Positions 36,738-50,033 of a stretch of DNA of 64,000 nt are shown one piece after another (the stretch's first letter is position 1; every line of letters starts with the position of its first letter). The notes beneath the pieces were generated by a model, which ran no database searches, was not told the DNA's origin, and worked only from the letters and a program-made list of their open reading frames with translations. Source of the stretch: Escherichia coli (GTDB lineage Bacteria; Pseudomonadota; Gammaproteobacteria; Enterobacterales; Enterobacteriaceae); assembly GCF_044647545.1 (NCBI RefSeq), contig NZ_CP172818.1; one strand, 5' to 3'. Position numbers and translations under genes: made by a program.

Positions 36738-37028
36738 TTACTGAAAAAACACCACGATCTTGTTAAACATCGTCGGATTAGACTGATTACGCTGCACTTT
36801 CACCACATCTTCCAGCTTATCGATTTGGCTTATCACCTACTCCAGACGCTGGTCATCCTTGACCAGTAGCCAGATATGGCTTTTGTCGCTGTCCTGAATC
36901 GGCAGGCAGAGAATGCCTTCAACGTTAAAAGCGCGACGGGCAAAAAGCCCACAAACGTGAGTCATTACGCCCGGATGGTTGCGAACGGTGAGTTCGAGAA
37001 TCACGTTGTCATGAGTTGTGTTTTGCAT
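36738..37028 (-). pseudogene. ilvN: Acetolactate synthase I small subunit, reading frame interrupted by an in-frame TAG at codon 64
   Basis: First 63 codons match IlvN; TAG at 36837-36839; the same frame continues [32 protein letters not shown] to the TAA at 36738-36740. Confidence 0.8.
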
Positions 37029-37031
37029 GGC

Positions 37032-38720
37032 TTATTCCCCCACCATTTCAGTATTCGCCGCACCTGGCGGCACCATCGGGTACACTTTTTCTTCGGCATC
37101 AATACGCACATGGATCAGCGCCGGGCCAGGGCGATTGATGATTTCCTGTAATGCAGCCTGCGGATCGGTTTCGTTATTCAAATCACAGGTTTCGAGGCCG
37201 AATCCGGCGGCAATCTGCATAAAGTTGATTTTTCCCGGATAGGTAGCGGCAAAAACGCCCTGCTTGTAGAACAGACTCTGTTGCTGATGTACCAGCCCCA
37301 GCGCTTCGTTGTTCATCAGAATGATTTTGACATCCAGCTGATTTTCACTGGCGGTCGCCATCTCCTGAATATTCATCATCAGGCTGCCGTCGCCGGAGAA
37401 ACACAACACTTTGCGATCCGGGTTCGCCAGCGCTGCGCCAATCGCCGCAGGCAGGCCAAAGCCCATCGTGCCCAGCCCGCCGGAGGTCAGCCACTGGCGC
37501 GGGCGATTGAGCGGATAAGCCTGCGCCGTCCACATCTGATGCTGACCCACGTCGGTGGTGATAATCGCGCTGTCATCGACACAGGCGGCAACAGCGTTGA
37601 TCAGGCCGTAATGCGTTAACGGATCGCACGCTTTCGGGATTGGACACGGGAATTCGCGCTGCAAATCCGCCACCAACTGGTGCCACTCTGCACGCGGTTG
37701 CGCTTCCACCAGCGGGATCAATTGCGCCAGCACGTCATCAACATCCGCCTGAATCGCTACGTGCGGTTGCTTGATTTTGCCCAGCTCTGCACGGTCGATA
37801 TCGACATGAATGATTTTCGCATTCGGGCAGAACTGCTCGGTTTTGCCAATCGCCCGGTCATCAAAACGCGCACCGAGCACAATCAGCAGATCCGCCTCCT
37901 GCAGTATATAGTTGGTGCTGCGCACGCCGTGCATCCCCAGCATACCCAGCGACAGCGGATTCGCTTTTGGCAGCATGCCCAGCGCCATTAAGGTCATGGT
38001 AGTTGGCAATTGCGCTTTCTCTGCCAGTTCACGCACCCGTGCGGGCGCATTGATCACACCGCCGCCCAGATAAAGCACCGGGCGTTTGGCGGCGTTAATC
38101 ATTGCCGCTGCGTCACGAATGCTTTCTTCGCTAAAGGCGGGTGCGGCGGCTTTTTCTGCCATAGCTGGCTGTGCTTCAATCTCAAAAACCGCCGTTTGCA
38201 CATCTTTAGGAATGTCTATCCACACCGGGCCAGGGCGGCCTGATTGCGCAATGCGGAAGGCATCGCTCATGACCTGCGGGAGTTCTTCGATATGTCTGAC
38301 CAGATAGTTGTGTTTGGTGATGGGGATAGAGATGCCGTAGGTGTCCACTTCCTGGAAGGCGTCGGTGCCGATCATCGAGGCAGGAACCTGACCGGTGATG
38401 CAAATCAGCGGGATGGAATCCAGCCGCGCATCGGCAATGGCGGTCACCAGGTTAGTCGCACCCGGTCCGCTACAGGCCATACAGACCGCCGGTTTACCGT
38501 CGGTGCGCGCCATTCCCTGAGCGATAAACCCCGCGCCCTGTTCATGGCGAGCCAGAATATGGCGGATTTGCGTGCTTTGGCTTAAGGCATCGTAAACAGG
38601 CAGGATAGAACCGCCCGGAATGCCCGTCACAATCTTAATGCCCTGCTGTTCCAGGAAATGAACGATAAATTCTGCGCCGGTAAAGCGCTTACGCGTCGAT
38701 GTTGTGCCCGAACTTGCCAT
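37032..38720 (-). CDS. ilvB: Acetolactate synthase I large subunit
   Basis: 562-codon ThDP-dependent enzyme MASSGTTSTRKRFTGAEFIVHFLEQQGIKIV. Confidence 0.95.
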   Translation of the reverse strand: MASSGTTSTRKRFTGAEFIVHFLEQQGIKIVTGIPGGSILPVYDALSQSTQIRHILARHEQGAGFIAQGMARTDGKPAVCMACSGPGATNLVTAIADARLDSIPLICITGQVPASMIGTDAFQEVDTYGISIPITKHNYLVRHIEELPQVMSDAFRIAQSGRPGPVWIDIPKDVQTAVFEIEAQPAMAEKAAAPAFSEESIRDAAAMINAAKRPVLYLGGGVINAPARVRELAEKAQLPTTMTLMALGMLPKANPLSLGMLGMHGVRSTNYILQEADLLIVLGARFDDRAIGKTEQFCPNAKIIHVDIDRAELGKIKQPHVAIQADVDDVLAQLIPLVEAQPRAEWHQLVADLQREFPCPIPKACDPLTHYGLINAVAACVDDSAIITTDVGQHQMWTAQAYPLNRPRQWLTSGGLGTMGFGLPAAIGAALANPDRKVLCFSGDGSLMMNIQEMATASENQLDVKIILMNNEALGLVHQQQSLFYKQGVFAATYPGKINFMQIAAGFGLETCDLNNETDPQAALQEIINRPGPALIHVRIDAEEKVYPMVPPGAANTEMVGE

Positions 38721-38768
38721 GCTCCAGTCCTTTTCTTCTGGGCCGACTTTCCGGGAGGTGCTTAAACG

Positions 38769-38798
38769 AAAAACCCCGCCCGGTTTGCGCCGGCGGGG
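38769..38798 (-). terminator. ilvB attenuator terminator
   Basis: On the minus strand a CCCCGCC ... GGCGGGG hairpin followed by a U-run, between ivbL and ilvB. Confidence 0.75.
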
Positions 38799-38825
38799 TT
38801 TTGGAATCGTGTGTTGTTCCAGTCC

Positions 38826-38924
38826 CTACGGCGCATTGCCGACGACGACCACCACACGCACGACGACCACTGCGGCGGATGGCGCAGTTGGTAGTAGTTT
38901 TGCGTTGAGCATGGAAGTAGTCAT
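38826..38924 (-). CDS. ivbL: ilvB operon leader peptide
   Basis: 32-codon ORF MTTSMLNAKLLPTAPSAAVVVVRVVVVVGNAP rich in Val and Leu, upstream of the attenuator. Confidence 0.9.
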   Translation of the reverse strand: MTTSMLNAKLLPTAPSAAVVVVRVVVVVGNAP

Positions 38925-39049
38925 TGGGGACCTTGTTGGTTTTGTGTTTAACAATATTTATACAAGCACAGCTTTACAGGGGAGACAATGGAAAATTTTT
39001 CAGCAAGGGAAAATTGAGGGGTTGATCACGTTTTGTACTGAATTGCGGG

Positions 39050-39190
39050 TAACAAAAAACCCCGCCGGAGCGAGGTTTCGTCAGTCGCCTGCGGCTGGTA
39101 ACCGCAAAGCACACTGTATTATGTCAACACTGAAAGTATACGTGTTCCGCGCAGAACGCGCAATTTCGGCACGAATTTTGACGTATTTAG
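39050..39190 (-). ncRNA. istR: IstR small RNA region (IstR-1/IstR-2), antitoxin of tisB
   Basis: Minus-strand hairpin plus U-run terminator near 39054-39080; the segment near 39108-39128 is complementary to the tisAB leader near 39370-39390; transcript ends approximate. Confidence 0.55.
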
Positions 39191-39236
39191 TACATAGTTG
39201 AGTATCGTTCACAGTTTTCGTTTTGTCCAAATATTA

Positions 39237-39252
39237 CTGTTTATTTATACAG
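39237..39252. promoter_or_regulatory. LexA box between divergent istR-2 and tisAB
   Basis: CTGTTTATTTATACAG, a CTGT-N8-ACAG palindrome. Confidence 0.8.
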
Positions 39253-39488
39253 TAAACTTCTATAATATCACTGTACGCAATGTGTTATGCGGGGGCCGCA
39301 TCGTTACCCGGCGCACTAAGTCCTGGCTGAAACGGGTGGTGCCGTCAGCGCCTTAACCCCGCGTGAGCACACTGTGTTATGTCAACAAGCACAACGTTTC
39401 TCCTTGAGATACCGCGTGCACAACAGCTGGCAACAGGCAGCGGAAAGGTACGTCAGCTGGCAGTGCTCCTGAACCACAGGAGACGCGT

Positions 39489-39578
39489 ATGAGCCTGGTG
39501 GATATCGCCATTCTTATCCTCAAACTCATTGTTGCAGCACTGCAACTGCTTGATACTGTTCTGAAATACCTGAAGTAA
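39489..39578 (+). CDS. tisB: Type I toxin TisB (SOS-induced membrane peptide)
   Basis: 29-codon ORF MSLVDIAILILKLIVAALQLLDTVLKYLK. Confidence 0.9.
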   Translation: MSLVDIAILILKLIVAALQLLDTVLKYLK

Positions 39579-39857
39579 TTCAGATTCAAGTCGCACCAAA
39601 GGGGAGCGGGTAACCGCTCCCCTTTCATATTTAGCGTGCGGGTTGGTGTCGGATGCAATGCTGATGCATCTTATCCGCCCTACCATCCCTCCCGGCAACA
39701 TTTATTGCCGCTTTTGTTTACATATTCTGCCGCTAAACAATTCCCCATTCCTGGCGTATATCTGGCTAACATTTATCAATGTGATAGATTCCTCTCCCGC
39801 ATTTATGGGAATGCGTAGTGACTTATTCTAATTATTTTTATAAAAGCATCCGTGATA

Positions 39858-41042
39858 ATGAAAAGGCATAGAAACGTCAATTTGTTATTGATGTTGGTAT
39901 TACTCGTGGCCGTCGGTCAGATGGCGCAAACCATATATATTCCAGCTATTGCCGATATGGCGCGCGATCTCAACGTCCGTGAAGGGGCGGTGCAGAGCGT
40001 AATGGGCGCTTATCTGCTGACTTACGGTGTCTCACAGCTGTTTTATGGCCCGATTTCCGACCGTGTGGGTCGCCGACCGGTGATCCTCGTCGGAATGTCC
40101 ATTTTTATGCTGGCAACGCTGGTCGCGGTCACGACCTCCAGTTTGACAGTATTGATTGCCGCCAGCGCGATGCAGGGGATGGGCACCGGCGTTGGCGGCG
40201 TAATGGCGCGTACTTTGCCGCGTGATTTATATGAACGGACACAGTTGCGCCATGCTAATAGCCTGTTAAACATGGGAATTCTTGTCAGTCCGTTGCTCGC
40301 ACCGCTAATCGGCGGTCTGCTGGATACGATGTGGAACTGGCGCGCCTGTTATCTCTTTTTGTTGGTACTTTGTGCCGGTGTGACCTTCAGTATGGCCCGC
40401 TGGATGCCGGAAACGCGTCCGGTCGACGCACCGCGCACGCGCCTGCTTACCAGTTATAAAACGCTTTTCGGTAACAGCGGTTTTAACTGTTATTTGCTGA
40501 TGCTGATTGGCGGTCTGGCCGGGATTGCCGCCTTTGAAGCCTGCTCCGGCGTGCTGATGGGCGCGGTGTTAGGGTTGAGCAGTATGACGGTCAGTATTTT
40601 GTTTATTCTGCCGATTCCGGCGGCATTTTTTGGGGCATGGTTTGCCGGACGTCCTAATAAACGCTTCTCAACGTTGATGTGGCAGTCGGTTATCTGCTGC
40701 CTGCTGGCTGGCTTACTGATGTGGATCCCCGACTGGTTTGGCGTGATGAATGTCTGGACGCTGCTCGTTCCCGCCGCGCTGTTCTTTTTCGGTGCCGGGA
40801 TGCTGTTTCCGCTGGCGACCAGCGGCGCGATGGAGCCGTTCCCTTTCCTGGCGGGCACGGCTGGCGCGCTGGTCGGCGGTCTACAAAACATTGGTTCCGG
40901 CGTGCTGGCGTCGCTCTCTGCGATGTTGCCGCAAACCGGTCAGGGCAGCCTGGGGTTGTTGATGACCTTAATGGGATTGTTGATCGTGCTGTGCTGGCTA
41001 CCGCTGGCGACGCGGATGTCGCATCAGGGGCAGCCTGTTTAA
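39858..41042 (+). CDS. emrD: MFS multidrug efflux transporter EmrD
   Basis: 394 codons from ATG 39858 (MKRHRNVNLLLMLVLLVAVGQ); 12-TM MFS. Confidence 0.93.
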   Translation: MKRHRNVNLLLMLVLLVAVGQMAQTIYIPAIADMARDLNVREGAVQSVMGAYLLTYGVSQLFYGPISDRVGRRPVILVGMSIFMLATLVAVTTSSLTVLIAASAMQGMGTGVGGVMARTLPRDLYERTQLRHANSLLNMGILVSPLLAPLIGGLLDTMWNWRACYLFLLVLCAGVTFSMARWMPETRPVDAPRTRLLTSYKTLFGNSGFNCYLLMLIGGLAGIAAFEACSGVLMGAVLGLSSMTVSILFILPIPAAFFGAWFAGRPNKRFSTLMWQSVICCLLAGLLMWIPDWFGVMNVWTLLVPAALFFFGAGMLFPLATSGAMEPFPFLAGTAGALVGGLQNIGSGVLASLSAMLPQTGQGSLGLLMTLMGLLIVLCWLPLATRMSHQGQPV

Positions 41043-41049
41043 GCTCACG

Positions 41050-41547
41050 TCACCGCAGCATCGTCATCAGCTCCATGGGAGAACGATGCTGCTTTATCAG
41101 ATCACGCATCACCCGCATATGCGGCGCGGAGTAAGAATAAAACGCCTGATAGCCCGCACAAAGCACGTTGTCTGGCGTCTCCTCCCGAGCGTGCGGGCAC
41201 AGGCGATGCCAGTCGCACGCCTGGCAGCCACGACGCGGTTGCGGGTTTTCGCTGCCACACCATTTTTGTAGGGTGGCGTCAAAAAGCTCAATCGAAATAC
41301 GACTGATATCTGCCCGTACCCAACACTCGAACAGGGCAATTAAAAATTTCCCCCACAGCTCTGCTGTCACCGAAGCGGCCGTCAGATCGCCCCGGTCATC
41401 AAATTCAAGATGGGGAATAAGCTGTACGGAGCGGATACCCCGTTGTTTGAAATTGTGATAAAAATCGGCAGGTTGCAGAGCATCCTTGTACTCTACAACC
41501 AGTTTATGCCTGTCCTCTTCAGCATCAATGACCTGACTTCCTGTCAT
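41050..41547 (-). CDS. yidF: Truncated anaerobic-sulfatase-maturase-like protein (Cys-rich C-terminal domain only)
   Basis: 165-codon ORF with clustered Cys (CGSENPQPRRGCQACDWHRLC) but no radical-SAM CxxxCxxC core. Confidence 0.8.
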   Translation of the reverse strand: MTGSQVIDAEEDRHKLVVEYKDALQPADFYHNFKQRGIRSVQLIPHLEFDDRGDLTAASVTAELWGKFLIALFECWVRADISRISIELFDATLQKWCGSENPQPRRGCQACDWHRLCPHAREETPDNVLCAGYQAFYSYSAPHMRVMRDLIKQHRSPMELMTMLR

Positions 41548-41906
41548 GCGACTCTCTCAATAAATACGATAAGTTGATGTATATGCGTTACAGCAAACAG
41601 TATTGCGAGAGATAACACCGCGAGGGAGATCAAAAATTTGTCACGGACTACGTGAAATTGGGAAAAATCGCTATTCGTGACATCCATTAAATTGCGATTA
41701 CGGGTGTAGTGCCAGAGGATCAGCGCCACAATGGCGAGAATGCCAATCGAAATCCAGAATAACATGCCCGCCTGGTGCCAGTTGTGTTTGATAGCCAACG
41801 CCATCAACGCGCCGTAGCCCAGCATGGTACGAAACCACGCCAGTGATGTACGCTCCGGCTGCAGCCCTGGGTCGGCAATGCGTCTGGCTTTGCGGCTATC
41901 CGGCAT
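41544..41906 (-). CDS. yidG: Small inner membrane protein YidG
   Basis: 120-codon ORF with three predicted TM helices; overlaps yidF and yidH. Confidence 0.8.
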   Translation of the reverse strand: MPDSRKARRIADPGLQPERTSLAWFRTMLGYGALMALAIKHNWHQAGMLFWISIGILAIVALILWHYTRNRNLMDVTNSDFSQFHVVRDKFLISLAVLSLAILFAVTHIHQLIVFIERVA

Positions 41907-42243
41907 ACAACACCAGTCCCATAACGATCACCGCCACGACCATCAATATTAAGCTGATGATTAATAAGCTGTTGGTGTAGGGCAGGTCCTCTTTCAGACG
42001 CATCGCTTTTTCATTGCGTAACCAGCGCAGGTAGCCATACATCGCTAACCCGCCGGAAAACAGACACAACAACAACGCCAGCAGTTCGCGAATGACGGGC
42101 GTGGCGAAATCTGGCGCAAGTTGATCAAGCCCAACCCCCGCCGCCAGAAAGCCTAGTGCGGTACGGATCCACGCCAGAAAAGTACGCTCATTAGCCAGCG
42201 AGAAGCGATAATCAGGTGCTTCTCCGAGGCGGGAAATTTTCAT
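41896..42243 (-). CDS. yidH: Small inner membrane protein YidH (DUF202)
   Basis: 115-codon hydrophobic ORF. Confidence 0.8.
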   Translation of the reverse strand: MKISRLGEAPDYRFSLANERTFLAWIRTALGFLAAGVGLDQLAPDFATPVIRELLALLLCLFSGGLAMYGYLRWLRNEKAMRLKEDLPYTNSLLIISLILMVVAVIVMGLVLYAG

Positions 42244-42302
42244 TGTTGCTCCTTAACTGTTCCTCGCCGAAAAAAGTAGGCCAGGAAAACAGCAATAATG
42301 CA

Positions 42303-43796
42303 TCAGAACTTCTGTTTTTTCTCTTCCACCTTCACCCCTTGTGTCGGTAGGCCGGTGTCATAGTCGCGTACCACTGGCGAATAGCCATCTTGTGGGCGTG
42401 GACGAAACGCCCCCATCCAGCGCGGTCGTGCATCTTTACGCCACGGACGCAGACTCCATTGGTAACTGCGGAACGGATCGCGAATTTTGTCCATGTAATC
42501 CAATAAGGCGTCATGCATTTTGCGGCGAACGTCGGCAAAACGGATATCATCGATCAGATTATGCATTTCATTTGAATCATTACGGCGATCGTAAAGTTCA
42601 TCACTGGTGAAGAGGTTGAGTACCAGTTTAAAGTCATCCGTCACCCAGCAACGCACCGGAATAAAACCGCCAAAGCTGTCATGCTCAATCTCGTAGCGGT
42701 TAAATTCCACCATTACACCGCGTGGCTCTTTCACGGCAAGGATATTTTCCCCCGGCAGAATCTCTGGTTTTTCAATATCTGCCAGCGCCATCATTGTCGG
42801 CAGTAAATCGATATGACTGACTGGCGTATCGACCTGTCGCCGCTCCCCTTGCGGCGAACGGATGATCAGCGGAATGCGGGTGATGTCGTCATACATCGCC
42901 GCCCCTTTACTGATCAGCTTATGTGCGCCCATCATTTCGCCGTGATCGGAGGTATAAATAACCCACGTATTTTCACGTTGCTCTGGCGTTAAGGCATTGA
43001 TGACCCGTCCGATTTGGTCATCAACAAAGTCATTGCAGGCAAAATAGAGCGGATGGTGATAAAGCCCGTCATCACCGACTGGCGATGGCATCGCCTGCGC
43101 CCATAAGCGGTGATGTTCCGGTTTGTTCGCCAGGTCATCCTGTGATTTCTCGCCAAGTTCGTAGTAAAAATCAGCGTATTTCTCTAAATACTCCACCGGA
43201 CAGGTGAACGGGTGATGCGGCTCATCATACGAAACCACCATCAGGAAGGGTTCCTCGGCGCGCGCGGGCTGTTGCAGAAAATCTACCGCCCGATTGCTGA
43301 TGCGGTGCGCCCAGGTGAAGGTTTCGTCGATATGGTTCGCCTGTAAATCCTCAACGCTGTTTAGGCCATTGCGCCACAGGCTGATCTCTTTTTCCGTCAG
43401 TTCGCTAAGGTAGTTCGCCCCATCGAACCAGTAATCAGCGTCCCACTCCGGCGGACACTCGCCAGTGCCGAAATAGTCATGACCGTCGAGATGCCATTTG
43501 CCGATGTAACAGGTGTGATAGCCCGCATCCTTAAAGTAGCGTCCCATAGTGGAGATGTTTTTGCCCGGCGCGACGTTGTTGGTCCACGGGCCGGACTGGT
43601 TAGCGTAGATACCGGTAAACAGCCCGGCGCGCGCTGGTGTACAAACCGGTGAACAGGTGTAGGCGGAATTAAAGCGAATACTTTCCGCCGCCAGACTATC
43701 AATATTTTGCGTATTCAGCGGCTTACCGCTATAGCAACCGACCATATTGGTGGCCTGGGTATCGGTCATGATGAACAGAAAATTGGGGCGTTTCAT
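42303..43796 (-). CDS. yidJ: Cys-type sulfatase
   Basis: 497-codon ORF with sulfatase signature CTPARAGLFTG (C-x-P-x-R formylglycine motif). Confidence 0.9.
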   Translation of the reverse strand: MKRPNFLFIMTDTQATNMVGCYSGKPLNTQNIDSLAAESIRFNSAYTCSPVCTPARAGLFTGIYANQSGPWTNNVAPGKNISTMGRYFKDAGYHTCYIGKWHLDGHDYFGTGECPPEWDADYWFDGANYLSELTEKEISLWRNGLNSVEDLQANHIDETFTWAHRISNRAVDFLQQPARAEEPFLMVVSYDEPHHPFTCPVEYLEKYADFYYELGEKSQDDLANKPEHHRLWAQAMPSPVGDDGLYHHPLYFACNDFVDDQIGRVINALTPEQRENTWVIYTSDHGEMMGAHKLISKGAAMYDDITRIPLIIRSPQGERRQVDTPVSHIDLLPTMMALADIEKPEILPGENILAVKEPRGVMVEFNRYEIEHDSFGGFIPVRCWVTDDFKLVLNLFTSDELYDRRNDSNEMHNLIDDIRFADVRRKMHDALLDYMDKIRDPFRSYQWSLRPWRKDARPRWMGAFRPRPQDGYSPVVRDYDTGLPTQGVKVEEKKQKF

Positions 43797-45508
43797 AGGC
43801 TATCCTTCGCGTCGGGAGTAAAGGTTACGGCTGGGTCGTGACGATGCCGCCAGCTGTCAAAAATCAGGTAGACAATCACTACGGCAGCGATGAAATAACT
43901 GATCATCGCTAACCAGCGCGTACCGTAGCCGCCGAATTCAGCCAGCCCGGCATAGACGCCAATCATAGCGAACAGGATGCCAATTGACGCGATCTTGACG
44001 TTTTTCCACGGTTTCATGTCCACCGCAAACGCATCTTTGAAGGTGAACGGCGTGGCGCGCGGTTTGATAAAACCGATCACCAGCATCACGACCACGTTGA
44101 TGCAGAACGTACAGGCCAGCACATAGAGGAAATGGAAGTCGAACTTCACCAGATAGTTGATGGTGATGTAGCTGATTATGCCAATCCCCATCGCCACTTT
44201 TGCCGCCAGCGCTGGAATGCGCGGGAAGAAAAAGCCCATAATGATGATGGTAACCAGCGGCACGTTGTAAATACCGTTGAGCTGTTTCATCCAGCTATAC
44301 AGCCCCTGCGGCGCGTTGGCGATCCACGGCGCGACCAGCACCGAAACGATAGCGATAAAGAAACCAAATTTGCGCCCGACGGTGACCAGCTGCTGCGGCT
44401 CGGCATTCTGGTTAATGATGCGACGGTAAATACCCATACTGAATAACGTACTGGCGCTATTCAGAAAGCCGTTGAAGGTACTGATCACCGCACCAAATAA
44501 CACCGCGCCGAAGAAACCCACCAGTGGCACTGGCAGAACGTTATTGACCAGCGTCGGGTAGGCCATGTCGGCTTTCGGTAGATCCTGATACAGATGAAAC
44601 GCAATCAACCCTGGCAGCACCAGTACCAGCGGGTCGAGCATTTTCAGCACCGCCGTTAACAGCGCCCCCTTTTGCCCTTCCGCCAGGCTTTTTGACGCCA
44701 GCGTGCGTTGCACGATGCCCTGATTTGTACACCAGTAAAAGGTGTTCACCAGAATCAAACCGGTAAATGCCGCGCCAATCGGCAAGGGATCGGTCGGGCC
44801 ACCGACTGAGTTTAATTTCTCGGCGTGAACGGTGGTGAGTTGCTCAATGCCCTGCATAAAGCTGCCCTTGCCCATCGCGATCAGGCCAAATATCGGCACC
44901 ATCAACCCGCCAATAACCAGCCCAATACCGTTGATGGAGTCCGCCACTGCCATTGCGCGCAGTCCGCCGATCACCGCATACAAAATTCCCGCCAGACCAA
45001 GCAAAATTACCAATAGCCAGATAGCCGCACCGTGAGAAATCTGTAGCGATTCCCCGACGTGAAACAGGCTGTTGAGCGCCAACGCGCCGGAGTAGAGAAC
45101 AATCGGCAGAAAGCAGACGCCGGTGGCAATGAGGAAGCAGAAGTCGATGATAATACGCGTCGTTTTATCATAACGTTCCTCCAGAAAATCGGGGATGGTG
45201 GCAATGCCGCGCTTCAGATAGCGTGGTAAAAAGATTAGCGCGAGGAAGATCAGCGTCACCGCTGAAGTCACTTCCCAGCCCATCACCGACATGCCGCTTT
45301 TGTAGGCCTGCCCGGAAAGACCAACCAGTTGTTCCGTGGAAAGGTTGGTTAACATTAACGAAGCGGCAATAACCGGCGCTTTTAGTGAACGTCCGGCAAG
45401 AAAATAGCCTTGTTGCGATCCGGTATCTGTTTTGCGAACCTTCCACCAGGTGATGATCGCCACCAGCAGCGTAAAACCGACAAAACTCAAGATTTGTAAC
45501 GAATTCAT
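43793..45508 (-). CDS. yidK: Sodium:solute symporter (SSS) family transporter
   Basis: 571-codon polytopic membrane protein; start overlaps the yidJ stop. Confidence 0.9.
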   Translation of the reverse strand: MNSLQILSFVGFTLLVAIITWWKVRKTDTGSQQGYFLAGRSLKAPVIAASLMLTNLSTEQLVGLSGQAYKSGMSVMGWEVTSAVTLIFLALIFLPRYLKRGIATIPDFLEERYDKTTRIIIDFCFLIATGVCFLPIVLYSGALALNSLFHVGESLQISHGAAIWLLVILLGLAGILYAVIGGLRAMAVADSINGIGLVIGGLMVPIFGLIAMGKGSFMQGIEQLTTVHAEKLNSVGGPTDPLPIGAAFTGLILVNTFYWCTNQGIVQRTLASKSLAEGQKGALLTAVLKMLDPLVLVLPGLIAFHLYQDLPKADMAYPTLVNNVLPVPLVGFFGAVLFGAVISTFNGFLNSASTLFSMGIYRRIINQNAEPQQLVTVGRKFGFFIAIVSVLVAPWIANAPQGLYSWMKQLNGIYNVPLVTIIIMGFFFPRIPALAAKVAMGIGIISYITINYLVKFDFHFLYVLACTFCINVVVMLVIGFIKPRATPFTFKDAFAVDMKPWKNVKIASIGILFAMIGVYAGLAEFGGYGTRWLAMISYFIAAVVIVYLIFDSWRHRHDPAVTFTPDAKDSL

Positions 45509-45674
45509 CTCATAGCCCTTATTTATGTTTATGTCCCGGACGCATGAATATAGGGAGAGGTAAAATGCGTCGGGTCAGGCAGTCAGATTCTTAAAATACA
45601 AACATCGTATCCCTGAACGGATTGTTTTCTGTTAAGTTCAGGTTGTGAGCATAATTCGCCGGAGGGATATTAAA

Positions 45675-49021
<3,347 letters not shown>

Positions 49022-49316
49022 TTCCACATCCTCTTTTCTCAATTCTGTAAGTAGGAAGCCTGATTGGTTATGCGGCAGGCCTGGAGCGAGGATAGGAAGA
49101 TGCGATCGGCAGAACATGACGACCCAATGGGATTCGTGATCGCTTTCATGCTTTTCGTTGGGCGGTAGAGATCTACGTTTTCGCAAAAAAGTAGACATCT
49201 GTGAGCACTGGTACACAGCAACGAACACATCTTTAAAAAAAAGATGTTTTTTCAATCGATTAAGCAGAACTTGTGGGCGCATTACCCGGGCTTGCAGGCA
49301 AAAAAGAGATCTAGAG

Positions 49317-50033
49317 ATGATCTACAAAAGCATTGCGGAGCGGTTAAGAATTCGACTTAATTCCGCAGATTTCACGCTAAACAGCCTTCTTCCCGGTGAA
49401 AAAAAGCTGGCGGAAGAGTTTGCGGTATCGCGGATGACCATCCGTAAAGCCATTGATCTGCTGGTAGCGTGGGGGCTGGTGGTCCGCCGCCACGGTAGCG
49501 GTACTTACCTGGTGCGCAAAGATGTATTGCATCAAACCGCCAGCCTGACCGGGCTGGTGGAGGTGTTAAAACGCCAGGGAAAAACTGTCACCAGCCAGGT
49601 GCTGATTTTTGAAATCATGCCTGCGCCTCCGGCCATTGCCAGCCAGTTACGGATTCAAATCAACGAGCAGATCTACTTCTCCCGTCGCGTTCGTTTTGTG
49701 GAAGGGAAACCGCTGATGCTGGAAGACAGCTATATGCCGGTAAAACTGTTCCGCAACCTATCGCTGCAACATCTTGAAGGGTCGAAGTTTGAATATATTG
49801 AACAAGAGTGCGGGATTCTGATTGGCGGTAATTATGAAAGCCTGACGCCGGTGCTCGCCGATAGACTACTGGCGCGGCAAATGAAGGTAGCGGAACACAC
49901 GCCACTGCTGCGGATCACCTCGTTGTCATATAGCGAGAGCGGGGAGTTTTTGAATTATTCAGTAATGTTCAGAAATGCCAGTGAATACCAGGTGGAGTAC
50001 CATTTACGGCGACTCCACCCGGAAAAGAGTTAA
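49317..50033 (+). CDS. yidP: GntR/HutC-family transcriptional regulator
   Basis: 238 codons from ATG 49317 ([10 protein letters not shown]); N-terminal GntR HTH, C-terminal UTRA-like domain. Confidence 0.85.

Noticed and set aside
36747-37028. Possibility that the truncated 63-codon ilvN product is a distinct small gene
   Set aside because: The frame after the TAG is still recognisably IlvN, so this is one interrupted gene.
42244-42302. I expected a yidI gene (small inner membrane protein) between yidH and yidJ from my memory of K-12 gene order, and considered calling a deletion
   Set aside because: Only 60 bp separate yidH and yidJ and no suitable ORF is visible on either strand, but I cannot place yidI reliably from memory. 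It needs a reference alignment before any deletion is claimed.
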